Positions 15,101 to 29,448 of a stretch of DNA of 64,000 bases are shown here, piece after piece (position 1 is the first letter of the stretch; each line of letters begins with the position of its first letter). The notes under the pieces were generated by a model. It did not search any database. It saw nothing but the letters and a program-made list of their open reading frames with translations, and had not been told where the DNA came from. Made by a program: the position numbers and the translations under genes. Source of the DNA: Marsupella aquatica (Eukaryota > Plantae > Marchantiophyta); assembly GCA_973895155.1 (NCBI GenBank), contig OZ316897.1, positions 3,876,211 through 3,940,210 of the forward strand, given 5' to 3'.

Positions 15101-16361
15101 CTTCCAAGGGTAGTGGAGACCAAGATTTGCAGCAGAAAGAGGGGAGGTTAGTACTGGGTGCGGACGGTGGGATGGGGGTGGATTCAAGGTGCACAAGCAG
15201 TTCAGAGTTGGAGCGCATTGACCAAGGGCTGCAGCAATCTGTAGCCAGCTTGGAACAGGCTTTGCAGCAGGTACGATTGGAGCAGCGCTTGTTGCAGCAC
15301 AATAGGGCAGTGACAGAGATTAGCCCCCCTGGAGGTGGAGCGGATAATTCCCGAGGAGTTATTGTTGGCAACAACTTGAAGCAGCAGCAGCTGCAGATGG
15401 GGAGTGAAAGGGTTCCGAATTTGTGGGCAGAAGTTGGCATTGGTAGCCACGAGAGGGCACCTGGATTTCCCCTGGGATCGAGCTTGTTCAGCATTTTTGG
15501 TACTGGAGAATTGCCGCTGCCGATTAGCAATTCTCACGACGGCAGATCATCCGGGGGTGTTGTTGATGCAACCCCTCCTGCTGCCAATACGCTTGGATTA
15601 CAGCAGTTCAACTCATCTATGGCTTCGTCCACCACCGGCCCCTTTGATTTCCCCAGATGTGATTTTATGAGGGAGAGCTTGCATGCTTTTCCTTTTGCAC
15701 CTCGAGACAAAAGTAACACGAACACCACCTGTAACGGATCCATGTCTGAATATAGTCTTTATGGACACTCGAAGAATGTCGTCGTTGCTGACTCCGGAGG
15801 TGATTCCAGTCTTTGCATTGTTTGCCTTGAACAGCCAGCAGGTGTTCGCCTCATGGTAAGCACAAACGCTTAGGGATTTTGATAATTCCTGTGATCATTT
15901 TCTATGATTGATCAAATCGGACTGCAGACTAAATCCACCGGCACAGTCAGTTCATCATTCTGCCCTCATCTAGAGATGTAGCAGTCTGAAAGTTATTTGT
16001 ATACTGCTACAGAGGCTTGGTACTGCTGCTTACTTGTTCTAAGAGAAATCGATTAAAATGTACTATTTTTGTAGGATTCCTCTTTCTTACAGTATTGGAA
16101 GTATGGCATCGCATGCAGGCATGTGGCCATACGTCGTTTTGTTTGGCTTGTGTGCAGGGACTGGTGAATTGTCCACTCTGCCGTGAGAAAATTGTTGGGC
16201 TTCATCAGTGTTCCAATTCAAGGGCGACTAGCTCACCAGCTGGAGCAATAGCAGGGGCTACTTCTGTGGCAGTCCAGCAGCGTGGCGGGTCAGCAGTGGG
16301 GGCCAAGCTAAATGGCTCCTCGTACCATTTGTGGAATTGGGTCCCCGGAGCTTCTGTTTAA
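12165..16361 (+). CDS. KH-domain + C-terminal RING finger protein (MEX3-like architecture), Q/G-rich; predicted exons 12165-12293, 13780-15855, 16119-16361
   Basis: KH GxxG loop in RVTLLAAGFVIGARGISARLIGQVTGAIVQSW. The RING is split by a phase-0 intron: CIVCLEQPAGVRLM|ACGHTSFCLACVQGLVNCPLCR. Splice sites keep the frame. Exon 1 is less certain (donor gtcatt). Confidence 0.8.
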
Positions 16362-19300
16362 GTTGAAAATGTACTGTGAATTATGTCCGGCATTTGAAGA
16401 GTTTGATCAAAATGGATGCAATCATTCTGAACTGCATAGAATCCTTCCGAAGAAATTGGATGGCACTGTATATTGTCAGCTATGATGTATATGCATCCTT
16501 TTGGTACTCGAGGTACTTTGATACCACGGCCCTAGTGAAACTTCCCAAGCTAACTAAAGCTGTGCATATTTCCTTTTTCCTGTAGGTGTCGGTCGGTTCC
16601 AGGAATTAAACTGTATTCCCTCCACCTGCCTACTATTGCATTTTACATTCTTCCCCGTCTTTTATCGAGTGGGTGTAGATCTAGCTTATCAACATATACA
16701 GATGTTACACCTAGATGGACGGACAGTTCGGCAAGGGCTAGACAAAAGATGTTAAGTCAGAGGGCTTCATGACTCAAAATCTGGGGATTTGTTGTGAGTT
16801 GAGCAGGATTTGATTTGAAGATCTCAGTTTCCATAGTGGAGGCTTCCTGGGATAACTGAATCGCTGAAGCCACCATGCTACAAGCTTGTGATCAAGACAG
16901 GGTCCGAAATTCAAGGGAGGATCTTGAAGTCAATCTAGTATATGGTTAACATGCCACCAACTGGTTCTCCTGGCCATCTTAATCTTGTGGCGTTAGATGC
17001 AAGGGTTTTATTTGGAACATTCAGAAAATACTGAGACCTCTTTAGATTACTCTGTTTGCTCTATAGGCATCGAGCAGTCTCCTCAGGGAACGCTGAAAAG
17101 AAGCTGAAGTTGAAGTTGGCGAGCTAGGTGCTGCTTCCCTCTAATAGTAAAATAATTGGTAGTAATGAGCCTCTCAGCATTGATTGTTCGGTGAAATCTT
17201 TTTGTGCTGAAGCTATTTTGATGTCACCAACTAAACAATCCAATCGAATATATGCGTTTATTTCAGACGATTGCACATCTGATCCAGACATTGTGGACGT
17301 TAAGTCGTCGTAGTCAGTGATTGTGAGCAACATAATTCACTAGGAAAAGTTTGCTCGAATCCTCATGAATTCACCCTCTCAATCTTAGGGTGCAATCTGA
17401 CACTAAACCCGAAACCAGACCTAATATATCTCCTAGTCTTCCGCAGAGCAATGTCTACAGCAAATCGGATTGTGATGTGATGAGAGCCAAAAGATGCACA
17501 CTAGTTTTGATGTCAATTGAGTTCTTGAAAAACCGTTATCCTTGGCTGTGTCTTTTGTGATTCAGGTCAGATCACAGTACAATCCACTTTCACGGATCTT
17601 GATCAACAGAAAGCCTTAAACTGCTAAGACCGAGCTAAACTCCAGATACCTTCAAATTTGAGACAGAATCAAAATTCATTGTTGAAGGGACAGCAGCAGA
17701 AGGCGTTCGAATTGTTAGTGTTCAAACAGGGAGGGGAAAAAGGAGTCATTCAATTATTTAATACTTAGTAATTAACAGTAGTTTACGTGCTGTGAGTTGT
17801 GATCATGATGGGTTGGAACAAATTCGGGCTGTCAGTATTGAGGGAAGCCGTAACTTTTCTGTCCATAATTCTGGGAGGCAGAGACTTCTATGCTACCTAG
17901 CCAATTCAAGGACTGGACAAAGTGTTTAATAACTAAGTAAACTTCAAACATAATAATTGAGCATCCATCATCTGCAAAGTTCCAGCCATCATTGGGGGAG
18001 CTGGAAACCATGGAGGTCTTCCGGCCGTGTGGAAAAATTCCAGAAACAGAAAAATTAAGACATGAAGATTCACAAAACCTGCCGTCTCTTCTCGAACAGA
18101 ATCAGTCTAACTCAGTTGACAAATTCGGTCAAACTCCTATCGGTTTCCAACATTACACATGCCTAAATCCTGCACTACCTCCCTTTCAACCTTTTTTGGG
18201 ATTGGATGTTGATATGTGAGTGACATGGAATCAGAGCGAAGTCACGGATCCCAGGAAGCTAGCAAGAAGGTGAACAGTGGAATTCCAAGCTAGTTTGTAA
18301 GTCAGGAGACTCTTAACATTGGCCACCCTGACTTTCTGAGGTCTGCGAACACATGGCTCTCAGCCCTCAAAACCTTTGAAAGAACAGAAGAATGCAATGC
18401 CGCTGCTCTCTCCAGATAACAAACAGGAGAAGATGAGCTTGACAAGGTCGGGCGATGGGTTGTGTTGAGATGTTTAGCAAATGATCATCCCGAGGAAAAG
18501 AGCGTGGGTAGGAATTCCACATTCGTACCCCTTTCGATTTCTAGAGCCTTTGAGCAACTCCGCCTTATGAACATTGTAGCATTCGCACCTGTCTGCCTAC
18601 GAGGCGGCAACTCTTTCGTAAATCGTAGTCAACTCTTTGTACATACGGTGCAGATTCGGTGAGGGATTATTATCCTGATGATTCTGGAATCCTGAGGAAG
18701 ATCAGGAAGATTTTTCGAAGCCCTCGTAAATCATAGTTGGGGTTTACGAAATAGTCAGGATTTCAAAATCTTCCTGCTAATAATCTGTAAATCGTAGTCA
18801 CTGCAGGGGTGGCTGTACTCGATTTTAAATGTTGGAAAAGTATGAATCTGGTGCATTGAGTGGTGAATTTTATGAAGAGGCGGCAATTCTCGGCAACCAC
18901 GGATGTATGCTTTAAACCAGACCGCTTCGCATTCATTGCCAAGTTACGATACAGAGCACGAGAATGTGCTTGTGCTTTTTCTGACCGGCCAGCAATCGAT
19001 TGATCAGTTGCCCTGAACTTTAGATTGATGATTCTGTATCCATGCCACGCGGACGTCTACGTACTGAGAGCCGGACACACGTTTCCGTAAGGCTCTAAGG
19101 CAGGTCTAACGGAATCATAACGTGAGGCGGCTCTAAACATAAAGACCACTCTGCTAACGGAATCATAAAGTGAGACGGCTCTAGAGATAAAGACCAATCT
19201 CGTCCACTATCGACTGTTCTGAGGTTATTACTCGGCTTTTGGGAAGTGGCCTTCAACGTCCACCATTTTTTTTGACAATGAAATTGCGTGTACACGCTCC

Positions 19301-20819
19301 TTAATTAGGAATCTTAACCGTGTCATAAGTCGATGGAAGTACGAGTTCTTCTCTAGGAGTCTAATGGCAGCGCCAACACCTCAACCCCGTTTGAGACGGT
19401 TCACAAGGTGAATGTTCATTCTAAGCAGCGATGTGCAATATGGCACCCGTGAGCCTATAGGAGACCTTCCTAGTGTACTAATTTTGATTTCTACTCCAAG
19501 TTTCTGCTCGATTTATTGTCCGTTGTCAGTCAGGAGCCCAAACGTTGCTGCACTTACGGTGACCTGCAATTAATAGAACAGTGTGGTCTGCAGTCCGTGC
19601 TGATCAATCCTGTAGAAAGAGTCTCAAATGGGCGATTGGGCGCTGTCTCTACACATATGACGAATCAAACGGAAGCGGGAAAAACGTTGAATGATGTATG
19701 TCTGGACGCTGGGTAGCGGTTTCGCTGGTTCAATCATCGATTGAAACCCATTATCCTCCCAACAGCCCTGGTTAAGGAAACCTATGGCAGGTTCGATGTA
19801 CAGGTCCATCTGGAATTTCGTCAGTGCGCTCTGTCAATAGTGATGATGCGACAGAGCCAGTTACATAAAAAATAATAAATATTGGTTTCAGGCTCATCAA
19901 AATCTTCTTCCGGCAATATTGAAGTTGTTTCTCTGGCATGAGAATTATTACCTGAAGAAAGTCCTCCAGGAAATCGTCCCAATCCAGCCTGGAAGCTTAG
20001 ACACCAGGCCACTGCCTGTCAACAGCACTTCAGATCTCTGACTGATAGGGCACAAAAGATCGCAGCCTCTGCAAATTGCTCTAGAGCACATTTGGAGCAC
20101 ATTTGGAGATCGTCCCTAAACAAGAATTATTTTAAGTGTATGAAAAACTACGCCAGATGGTCAAGCAAATAGACGTTTCCTTAATGTTGTTGTCAATGGA
20201 TATGCCTGAGAAGCGAGTGGAACTCTGGACATAGCTAGAGTTTTCGTTTGCCCGGATGAGAGGTGTGCGTTGTCCCGACGATGACAGTGTAGGAGACATT
20301 CATTCGCTAGATAGTTGTCCGAGAGATGCTCCGGGACAACTAAAGCGATATGCGATTCGGTACCAACAAACAGAGAAAACACAAGCAAATTCTTTCTCAC
20401 GAATTATGCATTTTGTCGCGCGTAAATTGAAGATAGAGCTATTACAGTGAGTCGACCATGGCAAGCTCTACTCTTCTACATAGAGTTACTACGAAGGTCA
20501 CACCCTGAACTCTGACCTATGGTGGGTTAGTTCAACTGCCCGTAACACTTGATCATGTGCCTATGCTCTACTATTATTGTACAATCTTCGATTTTGCCTA
20601 TCGATGGCTGCTCATTAAATTGACTGGATTCTGAGTCTTGCTGATGTACAGTTTCACTAGCTATGGCTGATGCATTTGAGCAAGTGTACTCGGCGACCTT
20701 TCTTAGCGGAAAAAGCGACGCATTGGCTGAAAATCCGTGTTTACTGGATTTCGAGGGTATTTACATGTGGGCATCAAAATTGGTTATTTGAGGTGGGGTC
20801 CTCGCTTTTACGGCGTGGG

Positions 20820-23258
20820 CTACGAGCGAAAGCAAGATAGCGGAGATCTGCCCATTACTCGAATGACTTGTGCTTGGATGGCTGCCTTAGCGGCCCTCGC
20901 GGCTCGTTTGGCTTCCGCCTGTGCTTTCATTTCCGCTGCTTTCTTGTGTGCCCGTGCAACATCGTTTTGCATCTTCTCTGCCGCCTTCGCCCTCTTCTTT
21001 TCCAGGTCCGACTGCAAAGGGACGATTGAAGCTGCGATGATCAACTTCTTGTGGGCAGATGAGAGTTAAGATCAAACTTAACCCAATCTACTGAAAATGC
21101 AAAGCCTCAACCCTACAATTGCTTGTTATGAAGGCTTCATTAATTGCGGAAGTACGCTTCGTCATCAGTTCATCAATTCGCAGGATGGATATTTGATTAC
21201 CTCCAACTTGCTCAAACGTACGGTCGCGTTTGCCACCTTTCGTTCTTCCCAGGCCTGAATCTTGAGCTCTTTCCGATTATATCTGCTCGGCCGCGAAGAT
21301 CAATGCCGTGAGACAGTGCTAGGAAACGAACTGGCAAGAAATCAGAGCTGCTAAAGAACCAACTACCCCAGAAAAGCCTTCCGAAAGGTCGGATGCAATC
21401 GTTCGACCCGGGATGCGATAGCAATGGGGACAAGAAGAACATTGAATCGAGAGAATCCAGTGTCACCTGTTCAAGATGGCAGCATTCTTCGCGTTCTCCC
21501 AAGCCTCGGCTTTTAAGCGTAACTCTTCCAACTTTGCTTTTTCCCGGTCCGCTTTTTTGCGACTCCTTTCACTTTCGGTAGACTGGTTGGACTTGGTGGA
21601 CTTATCTCTTTTCAGCTCATGGGACTCTTCTGGTGCCACGGCATTGGGACTCAGCTTCCTTGAACGATTTGCTTTTCTTGTCATTTCGTGGGGAGGCGAG
21701 ACTCTGTAAATGTACTGAGAAGGAACACTGTTGGCAGCACTGACCACCGACCCACCTACAGAGAAAGTAATGCAGTAATTGTCAAACGCAATTCCCAATA
21801 GAAAGCTGATGTCGAGGTGCAGTCAACTGGGAAGTAGTACTGAAACAGAAAAGGCATCAAGCTGTGGACGCCATGACTGTGATGTTAGTCTCGAGTTGAC
21901 TTCGGACCACGTGTGAACAGTATAACATGCCTTCGGACAACTTACTTGTAATTAGAAATCCATTCATCAAAGGGACATGTGGACATGCATAGAAGAGACA
22001 TGATGTCTAGCATGCCAGCGGCGCAACAGTCCCTCCTAAGATAATTATAGTGGACAGAATCTTGATAAGGATCAGCAAGGTTGGAGTAGTACCTGAACTG
22101 TAAGAGGATTGCGTTCGCCTGCTTGATCGCTCGTGCCTGAGCTCCAAGCCACCACCTCGAACTGTGGCTACCCCATTCGATAAAACTGGCGAATTACCCA
22201 CTAATCCCAGTTCGTCTGAGAACTTCTGTTCCCTTTCGAGGACAGCTTTGATCGTGAGCCGAGGGGTATCCGAGGTTTTGTTTTGGGACCACAATTCTAG
22301 ACGTGACTCGTCAATCTTCTTCAAAGTCGCCCGGAAACCAAGTTTTTTCTGTTCCGTACCATGATCACCGTTAAGAAGCTTCTGTTTGTCCTCGCTGCTT
22401 TTCTCTTTGTCACTGATACCATTCTCGACTATCTCAGGGTCACCAATTGGGACGATTTCGGAATTGCTACCGGCCCTCGGTCCGCCTAGCGCTCCGTTGG
22501 TGTTCTCTGGGTCTGCAGCTCGCTGAGAAGGGGGAAACCTCCTAATCACTAATTTCTGATCCTCTCTGAAGCTTGCAGCACGGGGAAAGAGTGGAGGTAA
22601 CTTCATGACTTCGTAGTTATGATCATCTCCGGCGATTGGAGCTAGGGAAAGAGGTGATAACTTCGCGACAGTTAACTTCTGCTCTGCTGTAGGCGACGCC
22701 ATTCGCTCTTGTCCGCGTGGAGGTTTAAGAAGTACTACAGGTTCTCCCACGGAAGAATTAACAGACGAGCAGCTCAACGCGTCGACTGCATTCGGATTGT
22801 CAATCTCTTGCACAGCCAAGGCTAGCTCATTGTCGAATTCCCGACTGACTAGCTCATTGTCGAATTCCCGACTCGCTGACCTCGAAGTGTAATTACTTGA
22901 TAATTCCCCTGATAAACCATATAATCGATCCTGGTCAGGAGACTTGAGCTCCGCAATATTCCGTTTCTTGCCTCCCCGCTTCCATGATAGGGCCGGGGAT
23001 CGAGCAATGGTTGGACCTGAAGATCCATATCATATGGGAGCGTCAGCCGAAAATGACAGCGTGAAGGCAGGATACAGCAAACCCAAGTTGCGATGCTCAT
23101 AACGCGGCAATTAGATCGAGCTCAGTTCTACTCTCAGTGAACAGGTTCAAGAGCATCATGTACCTTCTTCTGCCTCGCCGGAGAGTTCTTCCTCTCCAGA
23201 GAGAGCCTCGTTGAGAGCGGCTCGGGGGACAAAAGGGAGAATTCCATCGTTTGCTTTC
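20820..23258 (-). CDS. Remorin family protein (Remorin_C); exons 23164-23258, 22093-23016, 21467-21755, 21201-21282, 20820-21011; further upstream exons probable (e.g. 24283-24879) but not resolved
   Basis: Typical remorin C-terminus: LKAEAWENAKNAAILNR|YNRKELKIQAWEERKVANATVRLSKLE|SDLEKKRAKAAEKMQNDVARAHKKAAEMKAQAEAKR...GRSPLSCF. GT-AG junctions are phase-compatible. Confidence 0.88.
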
Positions 23259-26200
23259 CTGCTTTCCCTGTCATTACGTCCGTGTTCAGGAGATTCGACT
23301 CCCCTTCTCTGTCACCATGAAGGAAACCCAGGAAACATGGGTCAGTGCTCGGACTGTATCACAACACTGCCAAATACTTTCGGAGCTCATAAACCTTCTT
23401 TGCATAGAATTATCTTTGCCATTGCTAATGTCAAACCCATTGTGTGGAAGAGCTTCATACGCTTACGGCTGTCGTTCTCAGTGACTAGTTTTCCGTAGTT
23501 GCACACGCGAGCGAAAAAGGCTCTTCCATGGAAGCTAAGAATTCGCCCAAGCTACAACAAAGAGTGATCTGACGGAAAGATTGTCTGCTCTTGTTGCTTC
23601 AGCTGCTACCTAAAGGGTCTGCTCTGTTTGAACGCCGCCAAGCCACGGGTGGTGTCCGAATAACATGTCAGCGATACGATGACCGCTAGTACATGACTCA
23701 GTGACAGAAAAAAAGTCTTCCCCGTCGACGCAAGCACACAATTCGGATGATGAACGTTGATACGGATCGAAAATCTTGTCGCTTGATGAACTACCGTATA
23801 GCGATCGAGGAACCAATAAAAAAACCAGAGGTTCTGACTCACTGGTCTGCACGTGCAGCTTACAAAACTATCCAAGTACAAAAAGCGTAGAGAGGATTAT
23901 TATCTCTGCCTCGGTGACCATTTTCATACGGAAGTGGTAGCTGCGCACTCTACAGAAGTTGAGAAGAAGCTTAGGAGGGGGAGGGCTATGGCAGAAGCTA
24001 GCCCTACTACACGAAACTTCGCGACCTAATTCATTAAACCAATTTGCTACTGAGAGACTGAGCGCGATGATGATGTTCAGAGAGTTTCAATGTGTCTCCC
24101 AACAGAGACATTCGATGCTGTAAGAGGGGTACCTTCAAACATTCGAGCCGTCATTGAACAATGTTCTAGTATAAACACCCCGTATTGCGCTGTGATTCAT
24201 TCAACAAAATGACCCTATCGGCCATCACCTGAGAACCGACCCCAGAGCTGCATGCAAGGCTGAACAGGTCGTACAATATTACCTGCTTTGGATGATCCAG
24301 AGCTCGGTTCGTGTACGTATTTATCCAATGTATACTGGAATTAGCTCGGTCGGCAGGCTTCGGGGATGACTTCGACGACCCGGAAACCAATGCAGCAGAG
24401 TGCTCGATTGAAAGCTGTCTCGGAGACACCTGCTGATTTGGAGACAGACCACCTGAGAGTACGTCATAGAATCGATCCATATCCGACTCCCAAGGTGGAG
24501 TTTCAGCCCGTGCTGGTGTCTTCTCAAGCGACTCCCCGTTCGAAGGTGGCGAACTAGTGGACGGGCTGCGGGTGCGATACAGCGGCCCAATTACTGAGTT
24601 CGGGCTCGATTCCAGCCACTGCTTGACGGCCTCATGGATGCTCTGCTTGCGATTGTCGTAAGGATCATCCAGAGTCGGCCTAGGCGTGATAGGCGCGATC
24701 TCCTCGTGGCAACGTGCGTGGTTCGTCCCGTGGGGACGAGAGTACACGGGGACGTACTGGTCGGCCGGAATGTGTCCAGAACATTGCACTGCTCTCTGCT
24801 TGAGTGACATTGCTTTGATCCAGCTCTCCACGAGCGATCTCCAAACTTTACAAAGTGGAATAACTTTGAGGTCCCACAAAATCGAGCTGGCCCGGCCGGC
24901 GAGAGCTTCGCCTCAATTAATGAAGTACCCTGAAAAGGTAAAAGAGACCTCTCGACTTCAACTTACTCACTGCCCACCAGAAAGCTGCTGATCAGATGAG
25001 ATGTCCCTCCAATAACATGCCCTGTATACCGACTCCCGAAGCTGCTAATCTAAAACATTCAACTGCAAACCTCAAATCCTGTCGAATTAACTTACTGTAA
25101 CGCAATTCTTTGGTCAAAACCTTCAAACGTATGAAAGCGCTCTTGTCGCCGACAAAGTGAATTGGAACGAGACACGCACTCCCTCCTATCGTCGTTTCAC
25201 CTAACGAATACTGTTCAGAACTCCAATTTCCACCTCCACCTCAGAAATCAGCTCAACAGCGGAGGGCCAGCACAAGCGACCTCGATAGTTATTGATGCAG
25301 GAAACTGCGCTGCCCCACGCAGAACTCTGGAGCAAATATATACAGTGCACAGTGTGCAGCTGGTCACTCACTGACCATCGAGCTGGTACTGTAAAGTACC
25401 CTGCTGGTCATGTCAGCGATCATAAAAAGCGTTTTGACAGACTGAGAGAGTATCTGCTTGTGTAAAATATGGATGAGGAAAAACAAGTAGACAACCTCGG
25501 GCAAAACACCTGTCCTTCCGATAATATCGCTAGCCAACATTCAAGTGGGACACCACCCTGCAGCGACGACCAACAAAGCGAATCCAATGGGTCAGATCGA
25601 CCGATAGAGCGACGACCACGGGCCCACTACTGTTCTTCTGACCGACGCGAACGCCGTAAGGCCGAGGGAAGTGACAAATCCCTCCCACCTTCACTCAATT
25701 TCCTCGTGTCCGAGCGCACACATAAGACAAACTCGCGAGACCACGCCCAATGATGAATATCGGAACAAATTTGCCGCGGTGACAGAATGCGTGAACCTAT
25801 CCACGGTGCACCACAGCACCTCCTCCAATCGCCACTCCCCAGGCTCGCCCAGACTGATGATGATCCTCTTCCTCTCTGGAATGCAATGAGACAACCTTCG
25901 TCGGCTCCTCAGGACTCCCCCGTCAATCTCTGAGCTCCTGTTCGCAGTCATGCATAGCAAAAGGCATAGGCAGTTTTTCAAGCTCTGAAGCGTCGAAGAT
26001 TCACGAAGGACAACAATTCATGCAACTGGTTTTCGAAGTTGACGATCAATGCTCAGAGGGGAAATTGAAGCACTCCTGGCTACTTGGCGGGCTTTAAATA
26101 TTAATACTCAATTCAAACTTTCATACGGAAGCTCCCAAAAGCTTGAAAATATGACAAGTCCGTCACCCGAGGTGTGAATTGTGTGTCCTTCTTTCTCCTC

Positions 26201-26364
26201 TATCGACAATTGGACTCACTCAGACCTTCAGAGCTAAGCGTTTGTTGACCAGGATCCCCCACAACCCAATCCTACGGACCTCATAAGCGACAGTGACTCC
26301 TGCAGTGAGTCCTGCACTGTCTACAGTGAGAGGTGGACACTGGACAACTCTATGCCAAAACCAG

Positions 26365-26870
26365 CTTCGGTATCTGGTTGTTGCACCTTGGGTTAATCGG
26401 ATTAGATCGAAAACAGCTTTTCGATTAGAAACCAGTCACCACAATCCTACCTCTAGCTCACAATCAGAAGCATTAAAGCACAGTACTCCACTACTGAAAA
26501 ACTATGTAGGTGGGCAAGTCTACTGTAGGTGTGCCATAATCACATGCGGTTCGTTTACGTACCGTGGGATTAGGCAGGTAAATGTCACAGTCGAGGGAAG
26601 AGAATGGGGCTTTTCGATCATGGATCCAAACTCAGCTTCAGTATTTAGATGTTGCACCTTGCGATTAGACCGAAAGCAGCTTTTGATTCGAATCTCCGAT
26701 TAGAATCTCACCAGTCACCACAATCCTACCTCTAGCTCACAAGCAAGGGCATAGTCCTCCACTACGGAAAAACTATGGAGGTGGGCAAAGTCTCCGTATG
26801 CCAAAATCACATGCGGTCGGCTAACCGTGGAATTAGGCAGGTAAATATCACAGTCGAGGGAAGAGAAATG
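26365..26870. repeat. Diverged ~290-bp local duplication
   Basis: caccagtcaccacaatcctacctctagctcacaa...ttaggcaggtaaat.tcacagtcgagggaagagaa occurs at ~26430-26600 and ~26710-26868. Confidence 0.75.
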
Positions 26871-28487
26871 CGGCTCTTTGGATCAGTAGATCACCGTCAT
26901 CACATCAAATGCTCTTTCACGTACAGAAAAGGTTGATCTGGTGACTCGGTGAGAAAGTCATGGATATGGCGAAAGGGAACAGACAGTACTGGACCACTAC
27001 TGTGGAGAGCTGAACAGCATCATTTCGTAGGACGGTAGGGACTAGGGACTTTAGCGACTACTACGTTAGCGACCTAATAAAGAACTGGAAGGCCCCGGGC
27101 CCGGCGGTCGTTACACGTGTTGCCTCCTTCGCGCCACGATTAATTCAGAATCAATCTCTCGAGTTGGTAAACTTCTTCTGACCGTTGGATGGTAGCCCCA
27201 TGCTGTATCGACGGACAGAGTGAAGGCCAACGTTCTGACAATGAGGCGTCCGAACGTTTTGATGCATACCATATGGAGATGTAGGGGGCCTCACGTTTGC
27301 TGAAGCAGCGTGGTAGGCGTGCATCTGCATGAATGGTCCCACTGACTGCAGTAATGGTCACACACAGAGTTGCTAACGTAGTGGCTATTATAAGTGTAGG
27401 GTTTTGAGTATGCTAAGGGTAGTGGCTATTATACGTGTAGGTTAAGGGTCAGTATTAAATACTGAAACAGTTATTTTGAGTAGTTTTATATATTAAAACA
27501 GTTCGGGCGTGTAACAGCATCTTCTAACCTTACTAAATTCTAATGGGGGTTGACTGAATCACTAACTAAAATGTAAAAAGTCAAGTCAAACCAATTACAC
27601 AGGAAGTATTACTTTTAAGTGACTGTTCCATAATCCGCTAACTAAAATGCAAAAAGTCATGTCTAACCTATTCTTTTGAACCCTGAACGTTACAGAATAC
27701 ACTAACAAAATGCAAACAGTCATGCCTATCCTAATCCTTTGCTCTCTGATTTTCAGAAAGTGAGGTCTTTCGTGGGATTTTTTAAGTTACTAGACTAATG
27801 TACTTGGCTTTTCTTCCTCCTCATTGTTAGGTTTTCAAGGTTTTTTAATTCTATTGTGGTACATAAATCAACAACAATGTATAGTTTTGATTTTCTATAG
27901 TTGTTATTTGCACACCCCCTTTTACCTTTTGGGAGGATTATAGTTTCCACTGCCTTCCAGAGTTGAGCCCTGGGACTTGAGGGTGGATTTAATACTGTTG
28001 GACTTAATACTGGGCTGTGAAGCTGATGCCTAGTGCCAGGAACATTGTGGGTTGAGTTCATTTTTTGATCACCACAACTATGTACAGTCACTACAAAGGG
28101 TATTTACTCCTCCAACTAACCAAACCTAGAAATGGTGGGAGACGGTCTAACAAGGGCATGGGAAAGAAAAGGTTAGCTACAACTTAAATATTAAAGAATC
28201 TGGCTTTAAAAGGGCCGTGTCCGAGCAAAAAATCACACAAGGGTTTTCTAATCATCACATTGCCAAAGAACCAAAAGCGTCTAGCTGGGATAGAAACATT
28301 GGACGGGGGATTCCACAGGAAGAAGACCCAATAAAGGGAGAAACGAACAACCCCTGGAAACCAAAGACCCAAATAACACGGAGACCAAAGACCCGGGCAA
28401 AGACCCAAATAAGGGTGACTTTTCAAGACATGAGGACACTTGTCACTTTTTTCAGCAAAGGAAGACCACTTCTTGTTTTCAACATAT

Positions 28488-29448
28488 AAAAAATATACAC
28501 ACTTTTTATATACAAAGGGACCAAACAGAGTACAAATGAACAAACAAAAGAGGGCCCAAGTGGACAAAACCAATCGAAAAAGAAGTGAGCAAAAGGGAAC
28601 CACTAAACACCAAGAAAGAGGAACTAAAAGTAAGAAATGAACAATAGGGAACCCCTAAAAACCAAGAAAGAGAGAGAGACTAAAACTAACCCAAGCGGAC
28701 CGAGGTCCTCATCATTCCTACCGATTGTGGCAAAAAGCTAATGGTCCACATCAAGAGTCAAAACTAGATCGGCAAGTGGGATTGGAACATCCTCAAGGGG
28801 AGCTAGCCGCTGCGGAAGCACACTAGCACCCACTGTAAGAGATCGACGATAGATGGCCCGAGCTTGAGCACGCTGTAAGGTGACTAAAATGCGTTGGCGA
28901 AAGTGCGTGGTCAAAATAGAAAGCGGGGGTCCGGTGGGACCCATTCGGCCATGAACATCCCGGGCAGCTTGCCGAAGAAGCCCATCAAACTGAGGATGAA
29001 GACGCCCAAATAGCTCCACAGCAAGGGGGAGGAAGCTGTCGGATGAAGCTCGTGCAGCATATTTGGCCTCCTTCGTTGTTGCCGCACGTGACGCTGCTGC
29101 CCCTGCCGTAGTTGCCGCTGTCCCAATGATGTCTTGGCGCAATGGGTTTGCCACCACAACATCTGCCAAAGTACGTTGACCCTCACGGACCATGGTAAGA
29201 TCCACCCGTAACCGCTGTGATGGAGGACCAGGTAACTCGAGTACCACCTCCCGCCGCACGCATACCAAAGAGCCAGAGAGAACCTGAGCAGTCGCATCTC
29301 GCACAGCGTCGTGAACAATAATGGTTTCACCTCCCAAACTGCACCGAAGAAGATGGACACCTGTGGCATCACAAGGCTTCCCACAAGTGCAAGAAGGAGG
29401 TAAACCTGCAAGAAGTGGGTGGGGCACATTTGATTTTGACTTCACCAC
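28488..29448 (-). mobile_element. 5'-truncated non-LTR retrotransposon with C-terminal zinc knuckle + restriction-like endonuclease (CRE/R2-like RLE class)
   Basis: ORF 28738-29448 has CTCG...HLLRC (CCHC), HDAVRD, RVDL...LADVVV, KEAKY and FLPLAVELFG, the RLE signature. It is followed by a 3' UTR that is shared with the copy at 63519-64000. Confidence 0.8.

Noticed and set aside
13703-15743. Several long antisense/alternative-frame ORFs over the KH-RING exon, and 44609-45295 over the MTase exon 1
   Set aside because: Shadow ORFs of GC-rich, low-complexity coding sequence.
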